A stretch of DNA of 63,955 nucleotides, filler included, from Octopus bimaculoides (taxonomy: Eukaryota), in NCBI RefSeq assembly GCF_001194135.2. It is 5 parts of 2 records of this genome, joined end to end, with 100 filler letters (N's around TTAATTAATTAA, not from the genome) between each part and the next. Parts side by side here need not be neighbours in the genome. Positions count along the whole stretch, not along the records: positions 1 to 31,936 come from NC_068991.1; positions 32,037 to 40,945 come from NC_069005.1; 3 more parts are not named here. One strand, 5' to 3'. Under the pieces are notes generated by a model. It did not search any database. It saw nothing but the letters and a program-made list of their open reading frames with translations, and was not told the origin of the DNA. Within the stretch, counting starts at the first letter, position 1. Every line of letters begins with the position of its first letter. Shown piece after piece: positions 24,426 through 35,391 of the stretch. A program made the position numbers and the translations under genes.

Positions 24426-25662
24426 AAGGGTTTATAACGTATTTGAGGGCACCTTTTTGGGGTCATTGCTGCATTTTTTTGCTAACTCTGTATAATCTTT
24501 TTTCCGAAACTAATAATGGTAGAATCTCATCTTACTCAAGAAATAAAGAAGCATGCTGTTAGTGTGGTTATAAAGGCTGAGCATAGCGATTTAGTAATAT
24601 CTCGAGTTTTAAAAGTTTCCAGATCTTTCGTCTACAAAGTTTGTAAGGAGCTAAGATGGAAACGTATCACCAGTCTCAAAGCATAAAATACATTCTAAAT
24701 GAGCTGAAATCATCAGAACACCTGAATTTATCCAGCAAGTTCAGCAGACCATTGGTTACAATTCCAGAAAGTCCATGAGGTCAATTGAAAATGATCTCCA
24801 TGTGTCAGAAGGAACAGTCAGAAATGTTGTCCATGAAGACATATATGAGGCTTATATGATGAGGAAAGGTCAAATATGTCAGGAAAAACAAAAGAAAATC
24901 ACTACATCAGATCTAAAAGGCTCTCAAACAAACTGAAATTTCCAACAGAAGAAAATTTGATTTGGTGTTTCTCAAACGAGAAAAACTTCGACCAAGATCA
25001 AAATGTTAAGAGAAGAAACGACAGATGGTTATGTGTAGACCCTTCTGAAATTCGAACTGTTATGCATACAAAATTTCCTGCAACTATCAGGATTTTAAGG
25101 GTTGTCAGTAATGAAGGATATGTGATGCCTCCCTACTTCTTTCTACAAAGCCTTAGAGTTAACTCTGTCACCTACATTGAGGTCCTGGAAATAATTGTTA
25201 AGCCCTGGATAGACTGTATACAATGGAAGGTCATATGTGCATCAGTAAGACTCTGCACTATCACACATGGCTCTAATAACAAAAGAATGAGTGGTTGAAA
25301 CTTTTCATGATCTCATAACCCCTAATTCCCCAGATCTTAATCCATTGGACTATTACATGTGGAGCGTTGTTGAGAAAGAGATCAATGAACTCGCCCATAA
25401 CACCAAAGATTCTTTGAAAGCTGCCATAGTCAGAGTAATGTCCAAAATGAACCAGGACCACTTGATTCGAGCATGTAGATGATTGAGATCTCATATAGAA
25501 GCAGTTGTTGAAGCTGAAGGTGGCTTTATTGAATAACAATATAGAACAGAAGGTTTATTTTTATCCTCATAGACTTGTTTGATAAATAAAGTTATTATTT
25601 GTTATTTTATGTATATTTTTTTTATAAACATAAATCTGTCCTCAAATATCCTACGTACCTTG
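24426..25662 (+). mobile_element. Full-length DD37D (maT-family) Tc1/mariner transposon, about 1.24 kb
   Basis: Imperfect TIRs: TA|AAGGGTTTATAACGTATTTGAGGGCA on the left versus TA|CAAGGTACGTAGGATATTTGAGGACA (reverse complement of the right end). TA flanks both ends and a transposase remnant lies inside. Confidence 0.85.
24516..25536 (+). pseudogene. maT/DD37D transposase pseudogene
   Basis: MVESHLTQEIKKHAV...VSEGTVRNVVHEDI...FSNEKNFDQDQ...HTKFPA...Q*DSA...NSPDLNPLDYYMW...IEAVVEAEGGFIE*, with stops, frameshifts and an inferred 5-codon deletion before NSPD. Confidence 0.88.
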
Positions 25663-26643
25663 TATATACGACAGGTCCTCATATAACATCTCAAGGTACA
25701 TCTTCTTTTCTCTGACGAAATAATGCTCAAACCACATAAATGCAAATTTAATGCACAAATTTGCAATTAAATTATTGAATATTAATTGAAACGGTTGTAA
25801 GAAGGGAAGAGAACCAATTTGTTAATAATAAATAATTGTTACCTTCCTTATCTCCATTTTTTTTCTCTTAGCTGGATATAAACAATATGCTTAATATATA
25901 CATATTATTTTAAGGGAATTTCATTCCCCCAACAATACTAGATATTGAACCAGCACTTTCTTGGATGCANNNNNNNNNNNNNNNNNNNNNNNNNNNNNNN
26001 NNNNNNNNNNNNNNNNNNNNNNNNNNNNNNNNNNNNNNNNNNNNNNNNNNNNNNNNNNNNNNNNNNNNNNNNNNNNNNNNNNNNNNNNNNNNNNNNNNNN
26101 NNNNNNNNNNNNNNNNNNNNNNNNNNNNNNNNNNNNNNNNNNNNNNNNNNNNNNNNNNNNNNNNNNNNNNNNNNNNNNNNNNNNNNNNNNNNNNNNNNNN
26201 NNNNNNNNNNNNNNNNNNNNNNNNNNNNNNNNNNNNNNNNNNNNNNNNNNNNNNNNNNNNNNNNNNNNNNNNNNNNNNNNNNNNNNNNNNNNNNNNNNNN
26301 NNNNNNNNNNNNNNNNNNNNNNNNNNNNNNNNNNNNNNNNNNNNNNNNNNNNNNNNNNNNNNNNNNNNNNNNNNNNNNNNNNNNNNNNNNNNNNNNNNNN
26401 NNNNNNNNNNNNNNNNNNNNNNNNNNNNNNNNNNNNNNNNNNNNNNNNNNNNNNNNNNNNNNNNNNNNNNNNNNNNNNNNNNNNNNNNNNNNATAATTCC
26501 AAGTGGCTTTCTGTTTTCCTATGTGTTCGTTCCGTTGTCTGTAGTTCATTGTTCTAACGTCCTGTACCCTGATATGCATCTATATACACATGTAGATGAA
26601 AGTATATACATATATGTGTGTATACATGCATATATATTTTTTG

Positions 26644-26679
<36 letters not shown>

Positions 26680-27114
26680 GTAGATTATCGTCATCCAGCC
26701 TTGTTTGACTGCTATTGTACTTAGTAATATTACTGACTGTGATATACAAATCAAATGTAGTAGAAATTACAGTAAACGTAGGATTATGTTATTAGCGCTT
26801 AGGAATGTTTCAACATTGTGGTTGACTTGAAGTCTTCATTAGATGTCACAAGTGCATTTGGACACTTAAACAGCAACATGTTAATCAAGGGAACACTTTA
26901 TCGCGCTGTGTCAAGGGAAAGCTAATGTTACAGAGTTCTTATGACCTAACGTTGACATTGGTTTTCTGTAACAAAATGCAATACACTGTTCCCCTGATGA
27001 TCGGTTCTGATCAGGCAGCCAATTGCACTTGGAACGGCCAATGTAGAGTAGCAAAACAGACAGAATGGTAAAATCGACGCAGAAACAAATGATATAAACT
27101 TTATACAAAATATA

Positions 27115-27178
27115 AAGGCGGCGAGCTGGCAGAAACGTTAGCACGCCGGACGAAATGCTTAGCGGTATTTCGTCTGCT
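27115..27178 (+). mobile_element. SINE family A head only (near-consensus)
   Basis: AAGGCGGCGAGCTGGCAGAAACGTTAGCACGCCGGACGAAATGCTTAGCGGTATTTCGTCTGC. Confidence 0.88.
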
Positions 27179-27180
27179 AT

Positions 27181-27365
27181 CCCCCCTCCCCCCATTATCA
27201 CTTGAGACTCGGTATTGGTGTGTTTGCGCCGTGGTGATGTGAGCCGGATAGAATAATTGTTAAGCTTAAAACTAAGTCCTGGAGTCGATTTGTGCGGCTA
27301 AAATCCTCCAGGGCGGTACTCCAGCACGGCCGCAGCCAAATCACTGAAACAATAAAAGATTAGAA
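27181..27365 (+). mobile_element. SINE family C, 3' half
   Basis: CACTTGAGACTCGGTATTGGTGTGTTTGCG...GTCCTGGAGTCGATTTG...GGCGGTACTCCAGCACGGCCGCAGCCAAATCACTGAAACAATAAAAGA. Confidence 0.75.
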
Positions 27366-27514
27366 GAATACATACATACATACATACATACATACATACA
27401 TAATTTAGCACATAAATACATATGCATGCATCTAGACATAAAAACGCATCCATAAAACAAACATACAAATCTGCGCATACACTAACACAAAATACTGCAC
27501 ACACACACACACAC

Positions 27515-28170
27515 ACATATGCACAAATACCTAGATGATGTTGATAAAAGTTACAATGAAGGAGCCTTGAGTCTATGTTAGAGTCCGGCTCTTTCTCTAT
27601 GGACAAGAAATACAGAAATGAAACTGATTGATAACATACATAGAAACAAAAATACCCTGTTGTTGATGTCGAAATTCTAATGATGTTGAAATTCTAATGA
27701 TGTTGAAATTCCTATGATATTGAAATTCCAGTGATCTAGGTTAGAAACCGGTTCTTTCTCTATTGGCAAGAAATCTTGAAATAAAGCTGAATAGTGACAT
27801 ACATACATGCGTGATACATACATGCGTGAAACATACATGCATGCATACATACATACGGCGGAGGAAAAGAATACGTATACCACTCGTTTTCGCCGTAACA
27901 AAAACCTAACGCTAACTCTAACCTAACCCTAAACCCTAACCCTAAACACCGGGTGTACGTATTCTTTACTTTCGCCCATACATACATCGATACATCCATC
28001 CGTCCATCCATCCATCCATCCATCCATCCATACATACATACATACATAAATGCTTGGAAAATACCCTGTTGATGGTGTTGAAATTCCAAAGAGGGGGCCT
28101 TGGATTTAGGTTAGAAACCGGCTCTTTCTCTATTTTCAAGAAATCTTGAAATAAAACTCAATAATGACCC
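27515..28170 (+). mobile_element. Three dispersed copies of a 120-180 bp retroposon 3' end in a (CATA)n field (about 27515-27642, 27650-27830, 28049-28170)
   Basis: Shared AAATACCCTGTTGATG..GTTGAAATTCC..., GGTTAGAAACCGGCTCTTTCTCTATT..CAAGAAATCTTGAAATAAA. The first two copies end in CATA units. Confidence 0.75.
27857..27976. mobile_element. 120-bp MITE with about 25-bp TIRs and an internal (CCCTAA)-like array
   Basis: Left end GGCGGAGGAAAAGAATACGTATACC; right end reverse complement GGCGAAAGTAAAGAATACGTACACC. CATACATAC flanks both sides. Confidence 0.75.
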
Positions 28171-28179
28171 ACAAGCGGC

Positions 28180-28231
<52 letters not shown>

Positions 28232-29092
28232 TGTATGTATGAAAGTACCTAGTTATATATGTATATATGTATGTATGTATGTATGTATGTACGTATGCAT
28301 GTATGTATGTATGTATGTATGTATGTATGTATGTATGTATGCGTGTGTGTGTGCATGTATGTATGTATGTATGTTGTAAGAAAGCGGAGAGAGTGTGAGA
28401 TACAGTACACTCTGAACGTACCTGTAAAAAAATGCAAAATTACACCATGAACTGACTGCATGCATTTAACTCTTCTATTTTCCACGAACGAAACCTTATA
28501 TATTCACAGATTTCCTCCTATGTTTATCGCCTCAAAATCGTTCAGTTATTTTTTTTTATTTTACCATTTTCAACCTTCACATAGCGTAATTAACGCATCA
28601 ACATTCCTCACTATATCATAATACCTAGTTTAATGTATCAAACTATGAATATATTAAATGCCTCGCTTAGATAATTATCCAATATGTTAAGCTATTTAAT
28701 ATCTTAATAGCTTAACCTGTCTCATTCTACGTCTTATATAATGATGTGGCATACTCTTTCTTCCTCTCTCTTGTTTTCTCTCTATAACTATCCATATACA
28801 TGTGTGTTTTTGTGTATGTGTGCAAGTCTGCTTCTATAAAATATATATTGCTTCATCATAAATGTAACTATCCTATTAAGGTAACTACCCACAAACGATA
28901 TACAAGTAGCAAAGTAAGGAAATCGCCCCATTTCAACCTTTTTCAAAGTCATGCACCATTTCAAATTATTTCTCAATAAATTTAGTGGTTTAATCTGCGT
29001 TCTCATCAGTAGAGGACTATTGTACTTGGCGTCAAAATGGACATTTAAGATATGTATACTAACTTTTATATCTACTTTTTTATCTATAAATT

Positions 29093-29141
<49 letters not shown>

Positions 29142-29852
29142 TTATCTTGTCTCACTCCCTGTCTCTGTCTCTCTGTGCTTATATATAAATATATATATNN
29201 NNNNNNNNNNNNNNNNNNNNNNNNNNNNNNNNNNNNNNNNNNNNNNNNNNNNNNNNNNNNNNNNNNNNNNNNNNNNNNNNNNNNNNNNNNNNNNNNNNNN
29301 NNNNNNNNNNNNNNNNNNNNNNNNNNNNNNNNNNNNNNNNNNNNNNNNNNNNNNNNNNNNNNNNNNNNNNNNNNNNNNNNNNNNNNNNNNNNNNNNNNNN
29401 NNNNNNNNNNNNNNNNNNNNNNNNNNNNNNNNNNNNNNNNNNNNNNNNNNNNNNNNNNNNNNNNNNNNNNNNNNNNNNNNNNNNNNNNNNNNNNNNNNNN
29501 NNNNNNNNNNNNNNNNNNNNNNNNNNNNNNNNNNNNNNNNNNNNNNNNNNNNNNNNNNNNNNNNNNNNNNNNNNNNNNNNNNNNNNNNNNNNNNNNNNNN
29601 NNNNNNNNNNNNNNNNNNNNNNNNNNNNNNNNNNNNNNNNNNNNNNNNNNNNNNNNNNNNNNNNNNNNNNNNNNNNNNNNNNNNNNNNNNNNNNNNNNNN
29701 NNNNNNNNNNNNNNNNNNNNNNTATATATATATATATATATATATTAACATGTACGCATGCATGTAAAGTGTAAATTCAAATAAGCAATAAAAAACACAA
29801 CACCGAAGAGACTATGTTTCAAAGATACGGTATTACCTTAAATCTTAAATAG

Positions 29853-29896
29853 TGTTTCTTAACGTTTCGGAATTGGGTCCTTCATCTGTAGAAATG
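29853..29896 (-). ncRNA. Degenerate minimal type-I hammerhead-ribozyme-like motif (Penelope-like terminus)
   Basis: Minus strand: UUUCUA-CAGAUGA-A-GGA(CCCAAU)UCC-GAAAC-GUU-AAGAAA. The core differs from CUGAUGA at U4. Confidence 0.5.
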
Positions 29897-30162
29897 TTTG
29901 GGGAGAGTTGGGTAGAGGATGCGTCAATGAAAGAAAAAAGTACAAGAGGTCTGGAATTAGATCTAAGTGCGTTATAAAGGGGGGAAGCGTCATGTTTGTA
30001 TGAATAAGTATAGATGTGTAACCATGTGTGGCCGCGGGCGTACGGTTGGAGGACTGTACGTGGCTTTTTTTGTTACGTATGCATGTGTGTGTGTACGTAG
30101 AAGTGTGTAAGTATATCAGCATACGTTAATGGGGATGTAATCGTTAAGTATGTGTGGAGAAA

Positions 30163-30218
<56 letters not shown>

Positions 30219-30404
30219 TACACAAACACACACATACATTTAGTAATGCTTTTTTATGTCAAATTATATTACAAACAATTTCACATAACAAGTTTTGCAG
30301 AGTACGTATTCAATATACTTTTACGAGAGGAATAGCAGTGACTTCGAAGTTGCAGCATGCTAGCCTTCGGGCTAAAAATAATATATGTGTATATACACAC
30401 ACAA

Positions 30405-31095
30405 GTGGAGACGGGTGGCTTAGTGTGTAGAGCAGGCCTGGCCAACTCGAATTACACTGCTGGCCACTTTAATCACGGAAAGATTTTTGAGGGCCGCTTG
30501 TATACTTTATGCACAATTAATCAAATTACAGAATCAAGAATCTTTCATACTTTCCGTTTGTTCAAAATCGTAAAATTGTAGGCTATTGCTTTATTGCCGC
30601 TTATGAAATTTTAAATTTTCATGCTATTATTACAATAATGAACGAATGAGCGTTGAATCAACATGAAATATTATCGCTGCAAAAACAGTAATATCTTCTT
30701 TTTTTTTTACTTTTCATCACAATCTTTAATTTTTGATAAATTTTTAAATGTTTATTTAAATAAACCCATTCAAGAAAGTATCAAGCGGGCAGCAAGATAA
30801 AAGTCTGCGGGCCACATGCAGCCTGGGGCGGGTGGGGGTTGCTATCGTTGGCCAGCTCTGGTTTAGAGTGTTGGACTCTTAATCGGAAGGTAGTGATTTC
30901 GATTCCTGGACCGAGCAACGCGTTGTGTTCATGAGCGAAACACTTCATTTCACGTTGCTCTAAGTCCACTCAGAGCTGGCAAAGATGAGCAATCCTGCGA
31001 CAGACCGGCGTCCCATCCAAATGGAGAATACTTACACCATGGAAGCTGGGAAACCAGCCCTATGAGTCTGTGTGACTCGGGAAGAAACTTTACTT
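30405..31095 (+). mobile_element. tRNA-headed SINE (family B-like head, different body), split by a hAT insertion at 30433-30860
   Basis: Joining the flanks gives GTGGAGACGGGTGGCTTAGT-GTTTAGAG-TGTTGGACTCTTAATCGGAAGGTAGTGATTTCGATTCCTGGACCG, then CORE-like GTGTTCATGAGCGAAACACTT, CCTGCGACAGACCGGCGTCCCATCCA and a GAAACTTTACTT tail. Confidence 0.8.
30433..30860. mobile_element. hAT (Charlie-like) non-autonomous element, 428 bp
   Basis: TIRs CAGGCCTGGCCAAC and GTTGGCCAGCTCTG; 8-bp TSD GTGTAGAG / GTTTAGAG; subterminal GGGCCGC/GCGGGCC motifs. Confidence 0.85.
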
Positions 31096-31142
31096 ACTAC
31101 TACTTCTATACACACATACATGTATGTGTGTGTATGTGCTTA

Positions 31143-31161
31143 TTATTATTAGTAGTAGTAA

Positions 31162-31229
<68 letters not shown>

Positions 31230-31232
31230 ATA
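31143..31232. repeat. (TAG)n microsatellite
   Basis: About 25 TAG units. Confidence 0.97.
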
Positions 31233-31936
31233 GTTTTATTATTTGTGTTTACTAGGTTCCAAGTAAAAATCTTTAATTCTTCTAAAATTGTGTGCTACTG
31301 TGATTTGGACTAGGTTCCTACATGTCGAAAACCTAATCAAGCTCCGATTGAAAATTTGATCGTTGGGAAGTTTCTGTCAAATTCAGCAAAAAACTTTGCG
31401 GCTACGTTTGTGGTTCTTTGAATCCCGAAGTCGACGTTATGCCATAATCTATGACTATATTTAGCTTTTCTTTTAGGAGATGGTCATTACTTTTGTTATC
31501 AATTTCATTTTTATGTCTATTGTATGTTTTCTTAAGCAAACTATTACTACCTTTATTATGAGGTTTACTTAAAATGATATCGTTATCCACTTTGCGTCTA
31601 TTCATATCATTGAAAAGTTCGGCATGATGGCTGCAATTCTTTATCGTTAATTTGTTTTCCGTTTAATTATTTTTATTAGCTATATGTATTTGATTCATAG
31701 CATAACCTTATTCACATGTTCTTTGATATGATTTTGAGAGATATAGAATATTTCATCTTTATATCCAGTTTTAGCCAGAATATTATTGTAATACTTTTTA
31801 TTCTTAAATGACACTTTCCAAGCAGAGAATCTAGACATACGAAGAGAAATAGTTTTACCGATAAAGGCAGTAATAGTTTTAGGATGAATTGATATTTTTT
31901 TTACGTATACAAGATCAATCTAAGGTTAAATGATAG

Positions 31937-32036
31937 NNNNNNNNNNNNNNNNNNNNNNNNNNNNNNNNNNNNNNNNNNNNTTAATTAATTAANNNNNNNN
32001 NNNNNNNNNNNNNNNNNNNNNNNNNNNNNNNNNNNN
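31937..32036. other. Assembly artefact: 100-bp gap with TTAATTAATTAA spacer
   Basis: 44 N + TTAATTAATTAA + 44 N. The same 12-mer sits inside gaps at 40990, 61005 and 62776. Confidence 0.95.
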
Positions 32037-32149
32037 CTCCTGGCTTCGTTTTCGTTCGAAGTTCGGAAACATGAAACCCCCATCCCCCCATCCCCCACCC
32101 TAGTAAAAATACATGAAAATCAGACATTTCACTCTATTTTTATAATCGA
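32037..32149 (-). mobile_element. Probable 5' terminus of a non-autonomous Helitron-like element
   Basis: Minus strand A|TCGATTATAAAAATAGAGTGAAATGTCTG resembles the TC-start termini at 50890 and 60374. Confidence 0.45.
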
Positions 32150-32332
32150 TTGCTACATTTTTTTTTTACATGTTCGAGTGCTCACACACACTTATAAACA
32201 CACACACATATATATATACACACATATATATATATATATATTCTTATACGTTTATATTCATATTTCGTTATATGTATAAATATTAACTAATGTTTATTAA
32301 CATATGCCACACTGGTGTGTATATATATGTGA

Positions 32333-32363
<31 letters not shown>

Positions 32364-34295
32364 CGTGTGTGTATGTGTGTGTGTGAGTATATGTGTCCGT
32401 CTGTCTGTTTGTACGTGTGTGTGTGTGAAAGAGAGATAGATAGACAGACAAGCAGGCAGAAAGACAGACAGAGATATATCTATACATATATATATGTATA
32501 TAGATATATCTGTCTATCTGTCTTCTGTCTGCCTGCCTGCCTGTCTATCTGTCTATCTGTCTTCTGTCTGCCTGCCTGCCTGTCTATCTGTCTCTCTGTC
32601 ACACACACACACACACACACACACGCACATCTGCCTGTCTATCTATCTATCTATCTATATATCTATCTTCCACACACATACACGCGCACGCACAGACAGA
32701 CAGGCTCATATACTCACGCACATATATATATACAGACACACACATCTATATATACACATATATAAACATATGTGTCTGTCTGGATGGATGGATGGATGGA
32801 TGAATGGATGGATGGTTAGTTGGATGGATGAATATCTTGGCATTAAGTGTTTCGTTCAGATGAAAAAACAGGCGATGGCGGCGGTGGTGGCGGTGTAGGC
32901 GGCGGCGGTGGCGGCGGCAGCGGTGGNNNNNNNNNNNNNNNNNNNNNNNNNNNNNNNNNNNNNNNNNNNNNNNNNNNNNNNNNNNNNNNNNNNNNNNNNN
33001 NNNNNNNNNNNNNNNNNNNNNNNNNNNNNNNNNNNNNNNNNNNNNNNNNNNNNNNNNNNNNNNNNNNNNNNNNNNNNNNNNNNNNNNNNNNNNNNNNNNN
33101 NNNNNNNNNNNNNNNNNNNNNNNNNNNNNNNNNNNNNNNNNNNNNNNNNNNNNNNNNNNNNNNNNNNNNNNNNNNNNNNNNNNNNNNNNNNNNNNNNNNN
33201 NNNNNNNNNNNNNNNNNNNNNNNNNNNNNNNNNNNNNNNNNNNNNNNNNNNNNNNNNNNNNNNNNNNNNNNNNNNNNNNNNNNNNNNNNNNNNNNNNNNN
33301 NNNNNNNNNNNNNNNNNNNNNNNNNNNNNNNNNNNNNNNNNNNNNNNNNNNNNNNNNNNNNNNNNNNNNNNNNNNNNNNNNNNNNNNNNNNNNNNNNNNN
33401 NNNNNNNNNNNNNNNNNNNNNNNNNNNNNNNNNNNNNNNNNNNNNNNNNNNNNNNNNNNNNNNNNNNNNNNNNNNNNNNNNNNNNNNNNNNNNNNNNNNN
33501 NNNNNNNNNNNNNNNNNNNNNNNNNNNNNNNNNNNNNNNNNNNNNNNNNNNNNNNNNNNNNNNNNNNNNNNNNNNNNNNNNNNNNNNNNNNNNNNNNNNN
33601 NNNNNNNNNNNNNNNNNNNNNNNNNNNNNNNNNNNNNNNNNNNNNNNNNNNNNNNNNNNNNNNNNNNNNNNNNNNNNNNNNNNNNNNNNNNNNNNNNNNN
33701 NNNNNNNNNNNNNNNNNNNNNNNNNNNNNNNNNNNNNNNNNNNNNNNNNNNNNNNNNNNNNNNNNNNNNNNNNNNNNNNNNNTGTGTGTGTGTGTGTATG
33801 ATCTTGTGTGTGAATGTGATCGTGTTTTTACCTGTCTCTTCTGGAAACTCGTTTTCCCTGCCTTCGCCACTTCACATCATCTGGGCTCAACGGCCCTCAC
33901 CGTTTTGTTTTTACTGTTTTTCTGCTCACTGTCCCGTTCTTGTTAACAACTTTCACCCACCGCAAAAAAATCCCATATTTTATTTAATTTGCTTTGCGGG
34001 AAGGACTGCTTTAACGAAGTCGCGTCTTGTCCTTACCTTCGAAACGCAGAGTAGATAAAACAGGGGACAACTGATGAAGGGAATGTTCTTTATGTTGCAT
34101 GTCTCGTTTCTCTGTTTCTTTGTTTTCTTCGTTGTTCGAAAAAAAGGTTCGTTTTCTATGCTTTTGTTTTTTATGTTTTCGTTTCTCATTGTGTCTACGT
34201 TTTTTTTATATGTCCTGTACCTATATATGCATGTATATATACATATATATGTATGTACATACACGTATGTATATATGCATATATATATATATTAT

Positions 34296-34440
34296 TACGA
34301 CGGGATTCTTTCAGTTTCCGTCTACCAAATCCACTCACAAGGCTTTGGTCGCTCCGAGGCCATAGTAGAAGACACTTGCCCAAGGTGCGACGCAGTGGAA
34401 CTGAACCCGGAACCATCAAGCTTCTTGCCACAAAGCCACA
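34296..34440 (-). mobile_element. SINE family C, 5' half
   Basis: TACGACGGGATTCTTTCAGTTTCCGTCTACCAAATCCACTCACAAGGCTTTGGTC...GACACTTGCCCAAGGTG...CTGAACCCGGAACC. Confidence 0.88.
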
Positions 34441-34518
34441 TTTGAGTCTCTTCATATTTCTTTTTATTCTATGCATCAACAGCAACCTTCTTGTTATCAA
34501 TATTAGCTCCTCTCCACT

Positions 34519-34550
<32 letters not shown>

Positions 34551-35391
34551 CTTACACACTCGCACACACATACTTACACACACGCACACACGCACACAGC
34601 ACAGCACACACACACAGCACAACACACACAAAGCACAACACACACACACACACTTACATGGTTGCATGCACACACACACACACANNNNNNNNNNNNNNNN
34701 NNNNNNNNNNNNNNNNNNNNNNNNNNNNNNNNNNNNNNNNNNNNNNNNNNNNNNNNNNNNNNNNNNNNNNNNNNNNNNNNNNNNNNNNNNNNNNNNNNNN
34801 NNNNNNNNNNNNNNNNNNNNNNNNNNNNNNNNNNNNNNNNNNNNNNNNNNNNNNNNNNNNNNNNNNNNNNNNNNNNNNNNNNNNNNNNNNNNNNNNNNNN
34901 NNNNNNNNNNNNNNNNNNNNNNNNNNNNNNNNNNNNNNNNNNNNNNNNNNNNNNNNNNNNNNNNNNNNNNNNNNNNNNNNNNNNNNNNNNNNNNNNNNNN
35001 NNNNNNNNNNNNNNNNNNNNNNNNNNNNNNNNNNNNNNNNNNNNNNNNNNNNNNNNNNNNNNNNNNNNNNNNNNNNNNNNNNNNNNNNNNNNNNNNNNNN
35101 NNNNNNNNNNNNNNNNNNNNNNNNNNNNNNNNNNNNNNNNNNNNNNNNNNNNNNNNNNNNNNNNNNNNNNNNNNNNNNNNNNNNNNNNNNNNNNNNNNNN
35201 NNNNNNNNNNNNNNNNNNNNNNNNNNNNNNNNNNNNNNNNNNNNNNNNNNNNNNNNNNNNNNNNNNNNNNNNNNNNNNNNNNNNNNNNNNNNNNNNNNNN
35301 NNNNNNNNNNNNNNNNNNNNNNNNNNNNNNNNNNNNNNNNNNNNNNNNNNNNNNNNNNNNNNNNNNNNNNNNNNNNNNNNNNNNNNNNNNN

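Noticed and set aside
26990-27015. CCTGATGA...CTGATCAGG resembling a C/D-box snoRNA or hammerhead core
   Set aside because: Only about 25 nt between the boxes and no downstream GAAA/stem III; too short for either.
27665-27732. Regular short repeats (17 bp x4; also 15 bp x4 at 60141 and 22 bp x2 at about 52214) as possible CRISPR-like arrays
   Set aside because: Head-to-tail with no spacers, in a eukaryotic context; simple tandem duplications.
28375-28790. TG-starting roughly 410-bp segment resembling a solo LTR
   Set aside because: No clear CA end, TSD, PBS or second copy visible.
31981-31992. TTAATTAATTAA repeated identically at 31981, 40990, 61005 and 62776
   Set aside because: Always embedded inside N runs (in three cases a 100-bp 44N-12-44N block) and gives stops in all six frames. 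It is an assembler gap spacer, not biology.
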